Part shown: piece after piece, positions 25,417-35,564 of the stretch
Layout: each line of letters starts with the position of its first letter
Numbering within the stretch: the stretch's first letter is position 1
Assembly (NCBI GenBank): GCA_964449615.1
Contig: CAYUZF010000011.1
Coordinates: 1-46,451, forward strand
Origin: an uncultured Aureispira sp.
Lineage (GTDB): Bacteria > Bacteroidota > Bacteroidia > Chitinophagales > Saprospiraceae
DNA length: 46,451 nt
Reading direction: 5' to 3'
Made by a program: the position numbers and the translations under genes
Notes under the pieces: model-generated
Seen by the model: only the letters and a program-made list of their open reading frames with translations
Databases searched by the model: none
Told to the model about the DNA's origin: nothing

Positions 25417-27096
25417 TTATTCAGCAGTTAAACAAGTCAATAGGTTTTTTTCAATGGCCTGCTGTTCTTCCCAAGTGGCAATTTCTAGCGCCAGTGCTTT
25501 TTTGTACTGTCGAATCGCCCGCACGCATTGCCCTTTTTCCTTGTAATAATCGCCTAACAGGGCATACGCATGGTAATAATTGGGATTGAGGGTAGGCAGC
25601 TGCGCCGCTTTTTTTGCCTGCTGCGCTTCGTACGGTTGGCCGTCTGTCGTCCAAGTTACTACTTGTTTTTTTAAGGCTCTAAACGCCCTATAATCAGCAA
25701 ATGCCGCGCTGGCTGCAAGTGGATCGGGGGCTATGGTCAAAGAATCAATATAGGGCTCCTTTTTAGGCAACCCCTTGTTGGCAAAAATAGCGTTTAAATC
25801 ATAAGCCACAAAGGCTCCCAATTGGTAGGGGGCTGTGGATACCCACATCAAACGCTGCTCGGGCTTAAAAATAACCGCGTGGTGCCCTTGCAATTGGTTG
25901 AGGGCTTTTTCATTGCCCAATCCAATGGCCGCATCGTTTTGCCCGCGTGTATCGCGCAAAATAGCCGCCGCTTCTCGATAATCCAAAGCCCCATAACGAT
26001 TGATTAAAGCTCGTGTGCGGATCTGGCGATAATTAGAGGCCGAATGTTTGATGTTGTAAAGATTGTCGGGATCTTGTGCAAAGCGCTCGCTTTGATAGTG
26101 GTTGGAACAAATCAAGGAAGTACCTTCGGAGCGGTATACGGCCAATTTATCTACAGATTTCTCTATAACAACAGAATAACCATCTTGTGCCGAACCTACT
26201 AAAATAGATTCTGATACAAAAGTTTCGTACTGCGCTGCAATGGCAAAAGCTTCCTCGATATTTTTGGCATATTGCAAGATTTGTCGCGCAACAATAGAAA
26301 TAGGAGTTTTGGCGGCAGAGGGCAAGCCCGATTTTGCTGCATTGAGCGTAACGGTCAACCCTTTTTCATTCATACCCGATACCACACCCAAAAAACCGCC
26401 CCAAGTCACGGAAGCCAAACTGTAACCCGAATCTGGTCGAATAAAAAGAATCATTTTGTCTTTAGCAAAATCCTCCCCTACGTAAAAATCAAAATTGCGA
26501 CCAATCAATAGCTCTTGGCTGGTACTGCTGCTGTCCCAAGTTGCAAAAGAAGTGCAGCCCACAACGGCGTAATCGCTCAGTGCATGACCAATGTCGTGTG
26601 CTGCGTGGTAGTTGAGGGCTCGCTCATAATTGGAACCGATGGCCGTAAATTCATCGCTGTAGAAAGGGGTTTCGCCGTAAATTTCTTGTTGGTACTCCAA
26701 AGGAATATAATTGGGTAAATTGCGATTAAAAAAACCTACCAAATAACGCAACACGTATAAAAACGCCTTCGAGTCGACCAATTGTTGGATCTGGCGTACA
26801 AAATAAACTTCTTGTTGTACAATCAATTCCTGTGCAAGGTTGCCCAAAATAGCTCCTCGCTCGAAGGACGCGCCCTCTACATAAGCCTCCCACAAACCCA
26901 GTTTATTTTTGCGCAGCCAGTTGTTTCCTAAGCTATATTGGGTCGAATCAATAACCGTGCGTTCTAATTCCCAAGCGCTGGTATCCTCTATATCGGGCGG
27001 TGTTAAGTTCAGCCACCAATCCAGGAGCAGCAATCCGATTGCCAAACACCCCAAAAAGAAGAGCAAGCGTTTGCCCCATTTTTTTAGTCGATTCAT
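25417..27096 (-). CDS. C45-family Ntn acyltransferase/hydrolase with N-terminal anchor and C-terminal TPR
   Basis: GCTSF nucleophile site, GRNFDF, SGMNEKGL and CSNHY. Confidence 0.85.
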   Translation of the reverse strand: MNRLKKWGKRLLFFLGCLAIGLLLLDWWLNLTPPDIEDTSAWELERTVIDSTQYSLGNNWLRKNKLGLWEAYVEGASFERGAILGNLAQELIVQQEVYFVRQIQQLVDSKAFLYVLRYLVGFFNRNLPNYIPLEYQQEIYGETPFYSDEFTAIGSNYERALNYHAAHDIGHALSDYAVVGCTSFATWDSSSTSQELLIGRNFDFYVGEDFAKDKMILFIRPDSGYSLASVTWGGFLGVVSGMNEKGLTVTLNAAKSGLPSAAKTPISIVARQILQYAKNIEEAFAIAAQYETFVSESILVGSAQDGYSVVIEKSVDKLAVYRSEGTSLICSNHYQSERFAQDPDNLYNIKHSASNYRQIRTRALINRYGALDYREAAAILRDTRGQNDAAIGLGNEKALNQLQGHHAVIFKPEQRLMWVSTAPYQLGAFVAYDLNAIFANKGLPKKEPYIDSLTIAPDPLAASAAFADYRAFRALKKQVVTWTTDGQPYEAQQAKKAAQLPTLNPNYYHAYALLGDYYKEKGQCVRAIRQYKKALALEIATWEEQQAIEKNLLTCLTAE

Positions 27097-27098
27097 AC

Positions 27099-28622
27099 TT
27101 AAGAAGCCGTTACAATATCCGTGAGTAATTTTTTTCTATCTACAAAATTTAAACAAGCCAAAACCGCGCTCACCGTCACCCCTAAGATGCCGTGCATGTT
27201 GATGTTTTGCCCTGTCAGCGTCAAATTTGGAATGCGGGTTTGAGTGGCCAAGGCGGTTCGCATAGGGTCGCGGTAATCGCGCTCAAAACCGTAGAAGGAA
27301 CCCGTGGGCGCCCCCGTATAGTCGCGAAAAGACAAAGGGGTAGAAGCATAAGCCTTCAGAACATTGCCCTTTAATTCGGGAAACCGCTGATACAACTTAT
27401 CCAACAAACGTTCGGCATGTTTCTGCTTAAAAGCGGCGTAGGCGCTGCCGCGCTCCTGCTGTTGAGACACCGTATTGAAACTATCGGCCCAAGGCTGAAC
27501 AGCTTGGTAGTCCATATACGTGAGCGCGGCAAATGTGTCGGCAAACTGCTCGGATTTGCTGCTGCGCGGAGTCAGTGCCAAATAACTCCCTGGCCACTGT
27601 TTTTTGTTGGTAGCTACCGCTTGCCAGACTGCTTTGTCGGGATGTTGGTAATAATTGCTTTTGGTATAGGGAACGCTATCGGGGCGCAACGTGTAATGGG
27701 CAGAAAAAACCGCAGGCGTAGCCGCAATTCTCTGGATGCGGTTTAGGTAGGCTTTGCGCAAAGCGCCCTTTTGATGGCGCACAAATCGGCTAAGCTGTGT
27801 GGGGTGGGCGCTGGAAATAACTGCTTTGGCAGCTACAGTTTGGCCATTGGTCAATACGATTTCTTTGATTTTTCCTTCCGCAAACGTAAAATGGTCGACT
27901 TCTTTTTGTTTGAGCAATTGCCCTCCTTGCGCTCGGATATTTTTGACTAAGGCGCGTGCAATTTGAGAACCGCCATCCACGCAGCGCCAAGCGCTCTCTA
28001 CATAGCTGTTGAGCACCAATGCGTGTAAGTGAAACGGCGTTGCCTCGCCCCGCCCCGCATAGAGCAAATTGTTGCCGCCCAACACCGCCCGCAAGGTAGG
28101 ATCTTGAATAAGAGCAGCAATTTTTTGTTGAGCATTGACACTCAAATGGCTGCGGTCTTCGGGATAAGCGCGATCAATGTCTAAATTGTACAAAGGAAAT
28201 TGCGCGCAAGTAGTCCGAACAGCTTGGCGATAGGCCTGTAAATTGTGGCGCTCTTTCGGGAATTGCTCTCCCAACTGCCCCGTAAAACGCTCCCAACCTT
28301 GCGCCAGCGCATATTCTGTAGAATCGTTAAACCGAATAAGGTCAAAGGCTTGTTCGTCCAAACGCTCTAAGCAAAGCTGTGGCATAATATTTAAATAGGT
28401 AAAGTATTGATGCAATGCCTGCCCTTTTGACAACCCACCAATGTAATGTACCCCCACATCAAAAATGCGTTTGTCGCGGGCATACGTCTGTAAACAGCCG
28501 CCGACCTGTTTGTTTTTCTCCAACACCACTACCCGGTAGCCTTCTTTGCTGAGAATATACCCACAAACTAGGCCGCTCAATCCACTGCCAATAATAGCGA
28601 TGTCGTAGCTCGGTGTACCCAT
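27099..28622 (-). CDS. FAD-dependent oxidoreductase (phytoene desaturase/RetSat-like)
   Basis: IIGSGLSGL, FDVGVHYIG, STPLS and NLTLTGQNINMHGILG. Confidence 0.85.
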   Translation of the reverse strand: MGTPSYDIAIIGSGLSGLVCGYILSKEGYRVVVLEKNKQVGGCLQTYARDKRIFDVGVHYIGGLSKGQALHQYFTYLNIMPQLCLERLDEQAFDLIRFNDSTEYALAQGWERFTGQLGEQFPKERHNLQAYRQAVRTTCAQFPLYNLDIDRAYPEDRSHLSVNAQQKIAALIQDPTLRAVLGGNNLLYAGRGEATPFHLHALVLNSYVESAWRCVDGGSQIARALVKNIRAQGGQLLKQKEVDHFTFAEGKIKEIVLTNGQTVAAKAVISSAHPTQLSRFVRHQKGALRKAYLNRIQRIAATPAVFSAHYTLRPDSVPYTKSNYYQHPDKAVWQAVATNKKQWPGSYLALTPRSSKSEQFADTFAALTYMDYQAVQPWADSFNTVSQQQERGSAYAAFKQKHAERLLDKLYQRFPELKGNVLKAYASTPLSFRDYTGAPTGSFYGFERDYRDPMRTALATQTRIPNLTLTGQNINMHGILGVTVSAVLACLNFVDRKKLLTDIVTAS

Positions 28623-28623
28623 G

Positions 28624-31600
28624 TTAAAAGGAGGTTGTTGGGGTTAGAATAAATAAAACATTGGAGGTTTTTGTAGAAACTTCGCGCCGTTCTAGGTGTA
28701 AGTTGTGGCGCTGGGCAAAATCGGCCAACCAAGTCCCCGAAAAAAAGGTGAGCTGTGCGCGGTCTACTTTGTTAAAGCTAAAAATCTTAGTAGAAAAGTG
28801 CTCCGTCCACAAGGTGTTTTCGTGGCGCTCTTGCAAATCGCTGTCGCCATCTCGAATGAGCAACAGACCACCAGGTTGAAGGCGCTGCACACAACGTTGC
28901 AACAAATTTTCTTGCTCCTCAGGCGTTAAATAGTGCAGTACATCACTCAAAATAAACGCCGCACTTTCTGGCAAGTCGTAAGCGCTTACATCCGCTACTG
29001 CAAATTGTACCTGCTCCTGCCTCAAATAACCTTCCTGCGCTACGCGAATTTTCTCCGCATCGTAATCCAGTCCCAAAATGGTTCGTTGCCGCGCCAGCAA
29101 ATACAGCATATTGCTCATAAAACCATAGCCGCAGCCAATGTCTACCAGATGCCCTTCACGAGGCAACAACTCGTGAAATTGTTGATAATTGTTTTCTAAC
29201 CGTACCTTAATCCGCGCATACCATTCTAAAATTGGTCCTTTGTAAATGTAATTTTTAATCAAACGATTGTGAAAAAAAGCAGGCGTCTCTTGGCGTTGTC
29301 TAAGGGCTTCGTACTGTGTTTTGAAATGACGGCTAAGGGTCTTAGCGCGTTTGGAATACCCTTCGCCCCATTGGACATCGCTGGGCGCAATGCGCTCCAA
29401 AAATTGCATCGTAACGGTCGTTCCATGCACCAAAAAATCCTTTTTGCGAATACAATCGCCTGTACCGTGGAAAACAATAGGCAAGATGTCCAATTGCAGC
29501 TGTTCCGCAATGTAGAACGCCCCTTTTTTGAACCTCTTCAAGTCTCCTGTAATTGAGCGAGTTCCCTCTGGAAAAATAACAATGGAATAGCCCTGCTCGG
29601 TCAGATCCCGCAGATGCTCCAAACTTTGCTCGGCACCCGATTTAGAAGGGTAAAAATCCGCAAATCGAATCACCTGTCCAAAAATCGGCGAGTTCCACAC
29701 CCATTCATTGGTCATGATAATAATTTTGGGATGCAGCATAAGCAGCATCATAATATCTAAAAATGATTGGTGGTTGGCTATGATTACCGCAGGGCGGTCG
29801 AGTTGAGCGTGGTGGCGATTCAAATACCGTTTGCGCACATTGAACATCAAATGAATAAGCGAGCGCGACAGGAGTTGAATGTGCTTGTGAAAAAAGTCTT
29901 TTTTGAATTGGAGAGGCAAAGGAAGCAACCGCAATAAGCCTTGTAAGAGGGTGAGCAGCAGACAGCCCGAAAGAAAATGTGCATAGGCCACCGCCGTAGA
30001 GATCAAACTGAGCAGGGTGTAAGGCGGTAAGCCCTTCTTTTTTCTATTTAGAATAAAAAAGCCAAACAAACGCGGTTGCAACGTGAAAGTTATTAATAGA
30101 ATAGACAACAGACCAATAATAGACAAACTGGCAATAGAAAACAAAGCGGGATGCTGGGCAAAAATCATAACGCCCATGCCGCAAAGCGTGGTCAACGCAG
30201 AGAGTAAAATAGAGGTTTTATAAGCGGGTAAAATCCGCTCTCCAAACTGGTATTCGTGCAGCAATCCTTTGGTTACAAAGATACTGTAGTCAATCCCCAA
30301 CCCAAAAATAAAGGTACAGATGATAATATTGACCAAATTGAACTTAAGACCCAATACGACCATCCAAGCCAACGTCCATTCCCAACTCAATACAATGGGA
30401 AATAAAGTTAGCAGTGCCAACTCCAAACGGCCAAAAGCCAAAAGCAGCAGCAAAAAAACGACCAAAAACGACCAATTTACCAACATCCCAAAATCGTCCT
30501 GCAAGGACTGCGCAAACTGCTCCGCCATAAATTGCTTGTCAAAAACGCTGATTTGCTCCGAACCTTCAAAACGGCGGTACACTGCTTTCTTATGGGCGTC
30601 GTCCATTTTTATAATAGAAATAAAGGCGTATTGATTTTCCTTAGCAGTGCTGTATTGATCCAAAACCAACTCCTGTAACGGCTGAAAATAGGTAAAGGGA
30701 ACCGGCTCAAAATCGCGCTCCAGCCACTGGTGCACACCTTCAAAAGTATTTGGTTTGAATTTGTACACCGCGCCTTGCTGTTTCAACAATCGCTGCAACT
30801 GGACTTTGCGGGCTGGCGTCCAGAAGGCGTTCCAACGGGCGATGCGCTGCCGTTGAGCTTGCTCCGAAGGAATAAAATGACTGACAGAGGTGTAATTTTG
30901 GATGCGGCCTTGCGCTCGGAGTTGCTGCAACGTTGCCAACACTTGCTCGTTTCGCTCCAATGCTTCTTGCAAGTCGGTTGAACTAGCTACCACGTAACTG
31001 CTCTTTAGCGCTTCGCCACCGAGTTCCTGTAGGCGCTCATCGGCCGCCTTTAGGGCTGGCGTTTGGTAGCTGATGCTGTTCATATCTTCCTCAAAAGCCA
31101 CGTCTTGATACAAAAACAAAAATCCCAAACTCAACACCACCACGCCGCCAAACACCCAGCGATTGGCATGCAAGGGATAAGCCGCAATTTTATCTAGTAT
31201 GCTTTTACGAGGCATCTGTGCGCTCGCCGTTTTATCTTTTAGAAAATGTGGCAATAAAAGCAAGGCCATAAGAGCCGAAACCAAGACCGCCACCGCTGCA
31301 AAAAATCCCAAATCGCGCAAAGCTTCGGAAGATAAGTACAACAGGCACAGAAAGGCGCTGCTGCTGGTCAAACTACTCACCACGGTAGGCGTAGCAATGG
31401 CTTTGATGGTTTGCCGCACGTTGCCTTCTGCCCGAAAATGCGTAAACACATGCAGCGAAAAGTCGACCGCAATGCCGAGCAAGATCGCCCCTACCCCCAA
31501 AGAAATAGCCGAAATGCTATCCTTCAACAACACCAAACTCGCCAAACCAACCAACGCTCCAATAACTACAGGAACAAAAATTAACAAAGGCGTGGACAAG

Positions 31601-32481
31601 CGCCTAAAAAACAAAGCAATGAACAACAACAGTACCACCAACGCCGCCCCGACGGTATAAGCGATGTCGCGCTGAATTTGCTGCGCATTGGCCACCGAAA
31701 CGGCAATGCTGCCAAAATATTCCGCTCGAAAGGTTTGTTTAAAATCAGTGGTTACGCGGGCTAGAACGGTGTCTATTTGAGCTAGCAACTGTGCGTTTTC
31801 ACCTGTCGCGCCTGCGTCTGTAGTAGGCGTTACAAAAAACAACAAGTCCTTCTTATCTTGGGTGACAATACGCCCTTCGTGTAGGGTATAGTTGCCATCA
31901 ATTTGAAAATCGCGCAAACGCAACAAGGGCAAACTTGCCAAGCCTAGCGGATCGCTCAACACTTGTTTTTTGAGGACAAAACCCGTTGGCGAAAGCAGCG
32001 TTTTGTAGACCGAGCGCAGGGCTTTTTTGACGCTGTTGCTGTCCAAGCGTTCCGCAATGGTGGTGTAGTCGCTTTCGCTAAGAAATACAGGCAGCTGCTC
32101 GTAAAACAAATGGTACAACGCCGTTGCTGCGCGCTGGTCAAGGGTGTAGCGAATTTCTTGGATGCGACTGCTGTCTAATTGGCGCAAAGCCGCAACCAAA
32201 CTGTCTGCAAACGCCAAAAAGCGAGGGGTATCTTCGGCGGCACTGCTGTCAGCCCACGATAAATGAAAAATTAAATTGTCCGAGAATTTGGTGTTCTGGT
32301 AAGCTGCGTTAACCTTGCGAATGTCGGCGTTGAAGGGAATTACTTTGGCGATATTTTCATCCAATTGCAAACGGCTGCCGATAAGGGCCATACAACCCAA
32401 CACCAACACCGTTACTAATATCAACAAACGCCCTTTATGCGCTTGAAAATATTGATACAAAGAGAGAAAGATAACGTCCAT
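28624..32481 (-). CDS. Trifunctional MMPL/RND exporter, PlsC-like acyltransferase and class I SAM methyltransferase
   Basis: Two MMPL TM blocks (LGIAVDFSLH, GLGIDYSIF); NHQSFLD and FPEGTRS; DIGCGYG. Confidence 0.88.
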   Translation of the reverse strand: MDVIFLSLYQYFQAHKGRLLILVTVLVLGCMALIGSRLQLDENIAKVIPFNADIRKVNAAYQNTKFSDNLIFHLSWADSSAAEDTPRFLAFADSLVAALRQLDSSRIQEIRYTLDQRAATALYHLFYEQLPVFLSESDYTTIAERLDSNSVKKALRSVYKTLLSPTGFVLKKQVLSDPLGLASLPLLRLRDFQIDGNYTLHEGRIVTQDKKDLLFFVTPTTDAGATGENAQLLAQIDTVLARVTTDFKQTFRAEYFGSIAVSVANAQQIQRDIAYTVGAALVVLLLFIALFFRRLSTPLLIFVPVVIGALVGLASLVLLKDSISAISLGVGAILLGIAVDFSLHVFTHFRAEGNVRQTIKAIATPTVVSSLTSSSAFLCLLYLSSEALRDLGFFAAVAVLVSALMALLLLPHFLKDKTASAQMPRKSILDKIAAYPLHANRWVFGGVVVLSLGFLFLYQDVAFEEDMNSISYQTPALKAADERLQELGGEALKSSYVVASSTDLQEALERNEQVLATLQQLRAQGRIQNYTSVSHFIPSEQAQRQRIARWNAFWTPARKVQLQRLLKQQGAVYKFKPNTFEGVHQWLERDFEPVPFTYFQPLQELVLDQYSTAKENQYAFISIIKMDDAHKKAVYRRFEGSEQISVFDKQFMAEQFAQSLQDDFGMLVNWSFLVVFLLLLLAFGRLELALLTLFPIVLSWEWTLAWMVVLGLKFNLVNIIICTFIFGLGIDYSIFVTKGLLHEYQFGERILPAYKTSILLSALTTLCGMGVMIFAQHPALFSIASLSIIGLLSILLITFTLQPRLFGFFILNRKKKGLPPYTLLSLISTAVAYAHFLSGCLLLTLLQGLLRLLPLPLQFKKDFFHKHIQLLSRSLIHLMFNVRKRYLNRHHAQLDRPAVIIANHQSFLDIMMLLMLHPKIIIMTNEWVWNSPIFGQVIRFADFYPSKSGAEQSLEHLRDLTEQGYSIVIFPEGTRSITGDLKRFKKGAFYIAEQLQLDILPIVFHGTGDCIRKKDFLVHGTTVTMQFLERIAPSDVQWGEGYSKRAKTLSRHFKTQYEALRQRQETPAFFHNRLIKNYIYKGPILEWYARIKVRLENNYQQFHELLPREGHLVDIGCGYGFMSNMLYLLARQRTILGLDYDAEKIRVAQEGYLRQEQVQFAVADVSAYDLPESAAFILSDVLHYLTPEEQENLLQRCVQRLQPGGLLLIRDGDSDLQERHENTLWTEHFSTKIFSFNKVDRAQLTFFSGTWLADFAQRHNLHLERREVSTKTSNVLFILTPTTSF

Positions 32482-32512
32482 AACAAAGGGCGGTTGTACA
32501 GTTAAAAACGCA

Positions 32513-32544
32513 CAAATTTACAACAACCCCGTAGGTTAGCCAAA
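32513..32544 (-). promoter_or_regulatory. Internal Bacteroidota promoter (-33 TTTG, N20, -7 TAAATTTG) for the MMPL sub-operon
   Basis: Minus-strand TTTG at 32541-32544 and TAAATTTG at 32513-32520, with a 20-bp spacer. Confidence 0.65.
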
Positions 32545-32658
32545 TATATACGAACAACAGCACGTCCTAGTAAAATTGAGCGGTATAGAAACGTGTTTTT
32601 TACAAGAAGTCGACAGGAATAAGCGCCTAGATAAAAATACAATTTACAAATAACTATG

Positions 32659-32700
32659 CACGCTGCACGTGCCACGCGTCACGCGTCACGTTTAACGCGA
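32659..32700. repeat. Degenerate heptamer tandem array (6 units, MACGYnn)
   Basis: CACGCTG CACGTGC CACGCGT CACGCGT CACGTTT AACGCGA; overlaps the stop codon of the DUF2062 part. Confidence 0.65.
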
Positions 32701-33898
32701 CCGTAAAAATTTAAAAGCAAGGCCGTTAGTCCCGCCGCCACCAATGCCGCTACCACTGATAGCACCACTGCACCGATGGTATATTGATACACGTTGGTTT
32801 TGATAACCTCTAAATTGCCCATGTTTTGCCAACTCAAATCGCCGCGATTGCCACCCAACACCAACGCGCCTGTCCAAAAACTACCGTATAAAATAAGGGG
32901 AATCATAGGCGGAATGCTAATGTTAGCCGATAAAAACACCAACGGCACATGCAGACGCAACAAAGCCGCTGTGGGAAAGCCAATCGCCAACTGAAAGCCC
33001 CAGAGCGGAAAAATCCCCCAAAAGACTCCGTAGGCTACCGACCAGCATTTTTTTGCCTTAGAAATATGGATTCCAAAAAACAGCTCTTCTAAACGGGCTT
33101 TAATGCTTTTTTTTTTCCTGCCCTAAACCACATTTTAGGTCGGAACCAAAGAAAAGCAGCCAAGCACAAAAAGGTATTTAGAACCGAGATTCTAAAGAAA
33201 TCCCAGAACGGTCTAAAATGGCTTATCCGCTCTTCGGCAGGCGGATAATAGACCTCTATAGGCAGACACAACAAATCAATGCCTTCCCACGCCGCCCGTA
33301 CCAACACCTCGACTTCAAACTCATAACGGCGCGTAACAAAACCAACTGCTTGCAAGGCGCGCACAGGATACAAGCGAAAGCCCGATTGGGTATCGGGCAA
33401 TTGAATACCCGTTTCTACCCAGAGCCAAAAACTAGAAAATTTATTACCAAAACTGCTTTTTGTAGGCACGTTTTCTTGGCCCATATTGCGAGCGCCAATA
33501 ACAATGGCATTGGGATGCTGGGGAATGGCCGCTACAAACGTTGGAATATCGTGGGCAAAATGCTGCCCATCTGAATCCATTGTAATTGCATAATCAAAGC
33601 CGCGTTCTACGGCAAAGTCAAAAGCGCGCCGCATGGCAATCCCCTTGCCTGCATTTTGTGTATAACTCAATTGCAACACCTGTGGGTAATCGGCCAAAAT
33701 TTTTGCGGTTTCATCCGTAGAGCCGTCGTTGACTACCAGCAAATGTTGTAGAGCATGTTGAGGGCTCAATTGGTAGGTCGTGTAGGGCAAAATAGCGTCG
33801 AGGACTTCCCGCAGGGTCGTTGCATTGTTGTAAGTAGGAACAACGACCAAACAGCGCTGTTGGTGCAACTGCTGTGCGCAGGCTTCGGGAGACAACAT
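32679..33898 (-). pseudogene. GT2 glycosyltransferase-DUF2062 fusion, frameshifted at an A10 run (33107-33116)
   Basis: The GT2 part (VPTYNN, NDGSTD, DSDGQH, DTQSGFRLYP) stops at 33089. A -1 shift at the A10 run gives KKKSIKARLEELFFGIHISKAKKCWSVAYGVFWGIFPLWGFQLAIG...ANISIPPMIP, continuous to 32679. Confidence 0.8.
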
Positions 33899-33909
33899 AT
33901 GCAAATAAT

Positions 33910-34281
33910 TTAACGAGCCAAAAGCCCTTTGAATTTAAAAAATACCTGTTCCCCCACTTGAATGCTGGCGGTGACTTTCCATGTTTGTTCGTCGGTGGTG
34001 GCGTAACGAGTCGTGAGTTGTATGCGTGGATATTGTTGCGGTACTATAGGAATCAAAAACTTAGCTTGGTTGGCTTTTTGGAGTTTCAAAACTTGCCCAA
34101 CGGCCTCGCTGGTCAGCTCCGCGACCATTTGCAACATGCAAACGCCAGGCACTACTGGTTGATCGGGAAAATGCCCCTCGTAAATCGGGTGGTCGGGATT
34201 CAACCGCAATTCAAAAATAGAATCCTGTTCCCCCTGATCCTCTAGTTCTATGGTATAAAAATCTGCTAGTGTTCTTGTCAT
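33910..34281 (-). CDS. Hotdog-fold 3-hydroxyacyl-ACP dehydratase (FabZ/ApeI-like)
   Basis: HPIYEGHFPDQPVVPGVC motif. Confidence 0.85.
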   Translation of the reverse strand: MTRTLADFYTIELEDQGEQDSIFELRLNPDHPIYEGHFPDQPVVPGVCMLQMVAELTSEAVGQVLKLQKANQAKFLIPIVPQQYPRIQLTTRYATTDEQTWKVTASIQVGEQVFFKFKGLLAR

Positions 34282-34302
34282 AATAAAACTAATTATTCTG
34301 TT

Positions 34303-34932
34303 CTATTTTAAAAACGTCAATTCCAAGCGCAGTGGGATGTTTTGGTGCTGTATGGCAATCGAATGCGGCACGTCCAACCTGTACTTAGACAATTGAATGC
34401 TTACTGCCCGCGCTTTGTAAATCTCTGTCAAACGGCGGTGCAAGTCCTGCACATAAAACAACGCTTTACCCCCTTGCCTAAATTTCAAAATATGCTTTTT
34501 GTTCGATAAATGCCCCTGCTCAAACACTTTGACCGACCGCCCCACAACATCGCGCGCCAAGAGCAATTCTAAATCTTGCCGAATGACGTTGAGCAACAAC
34601 GGTCGGTTGAGCTGTTCCAATACTTTGTGTACCACAAACCCCTGCGCACCAAATTCAAAATCAAACAAAGTCAATCCAAACTTAGTCATAAAAATTGCCC
34701 GATAGTGTTGATCCGAACTTTTTTTGAGTGCCAAGAGTCCCCCCTGCTGAAATTTCTTTCCAAAGCTCAACGTAGTTTTAAATAGAAAAGACGTCGCTTT
34801 GTCCTTAAAAACAGGCTTAAAATCTTTGGCTTGGAGGGTGCTTGCTTGCGCCTTGCCCAACGGTTGTAACTCGCTGGGTGTTTGGCAAGTGACCAACAAA
34901 CACAAGCTGCTAACGAAGCCTAAAAACCGCAT
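34303..34932 (-). CDS. Putative lipoprotein of the pigment cluster
   Basis: MRFLGFVSSLCLLVTC lipoprotein-like signal and FGLTLFDFEF; next to the lolA-like gene. Start uncertain (34932 or 34947). Confidence 0.65.
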   Translation of the reverse strand: MRFLGFVSSLCLLVTCQTPSELQPLGKAQASTLQAKDFKPVFKDKATSFLFKTTLSFGKKFQQGGLLALKKSSDQHYRAIFMTKFGLTLFDFEFGAQGFVVHKVLEQLNRPLLLNVIRQDLELLLARDVVGRSVKVFEQGHLSNKKHILKFRQGGKALFYVQDLHRRLTEIYKARAVSIQLSKYRLDVPHSIAIQHQNIPLRLELTFLK

Positions 34933-35554
34933 CAGGGATGGTGCCATTGATTTTTTTATTGCTGAATAGAATGCAGGTAAAATCGCCCGATTGTTCTACC
35001 AATTGTAATTGCTCTACGGCATAGTCTTTTTTAGAAAAGTAAATTCTAATACTCTTCATAAACTCCTGCACCTTAGCTTGCTTAGGAAACAGCTCTACCA
35101 AATATTGTTTGCTACTCTCTTTGAACTCATAGCGGTAATCTTGCTCCTCCAACAACAAATTGCCCTGTATACTGCCAATAATCATCTCATTGACTTTCTC
35201 AAAAGTTTTATTGCCCGATAAATCGTAAGAACTTACGTTGTCTTCGTCCTTAATGCTGATTTTTCCTTCGTGTAGAACAATCAAATAGTTGAGCGGAGCG
35301 CTGTATTCCCAACGCAATTTGTTGTCTGCTTTATAAAACAACGTCCCCGTAGATTCGATATCTTCGGAGAGTACCTCCAAGTGCTTAATTTGGGTAAAAT
35401 CGCTTTGCAAAGCTTTGGTATTGGCTGCTACTTGATGCAGCTGTTGCTGAAAAGTTTTGCTGTCTTTCATCGGCTTAAACGTCTGGCCAATACCCAAATA
35501 GGGCAGCGTCAGAAGGGCTAAAAATAGGGCAATAGAGGAGAGTGATATCGTCAT
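34910..35554 (-). CDS. LolA-like periplasmic lipid/lipoprotein carrier
   Basis: Signal peptide, SDFTQIKHL and KLRWEYSAP. Confidence 0.8.
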   Translation of the reverse strand: MTISLSSIALFLALLTLPYLGIGQTFKPMKDSKTFQQQLHQVAANTKALQSDFTQIKHLEVLSEDIESTGTLFYKADNKLRWEYSAPLNYLIVLHEGKISIKDEDNVSSYDLSGNKTFEKVNEMIIGSIQGNLLLEEQDYRYEFKESSKQYLVELFPKQAKVQEFMKSIRIYFSKKDYAVEQLQLVEQSGDFTCILFSNKKINGTIPDAVFRLR

Positions 35555-35564
35555 AAATTATAAT

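Noticed and set aside
27099-28622. crtI / carotenoid pathway call
   Set aside because: No crtB, crtE or crtY nearby. This oxidoreductase type is a normal member of flexirubin-type clusters.
28624-32481. MMPL-acyltransferase-methyltransferase triple fusion as a novelty
   Set aside because: This fusion is already known from Bacteroidota flexirubin-type clusters.
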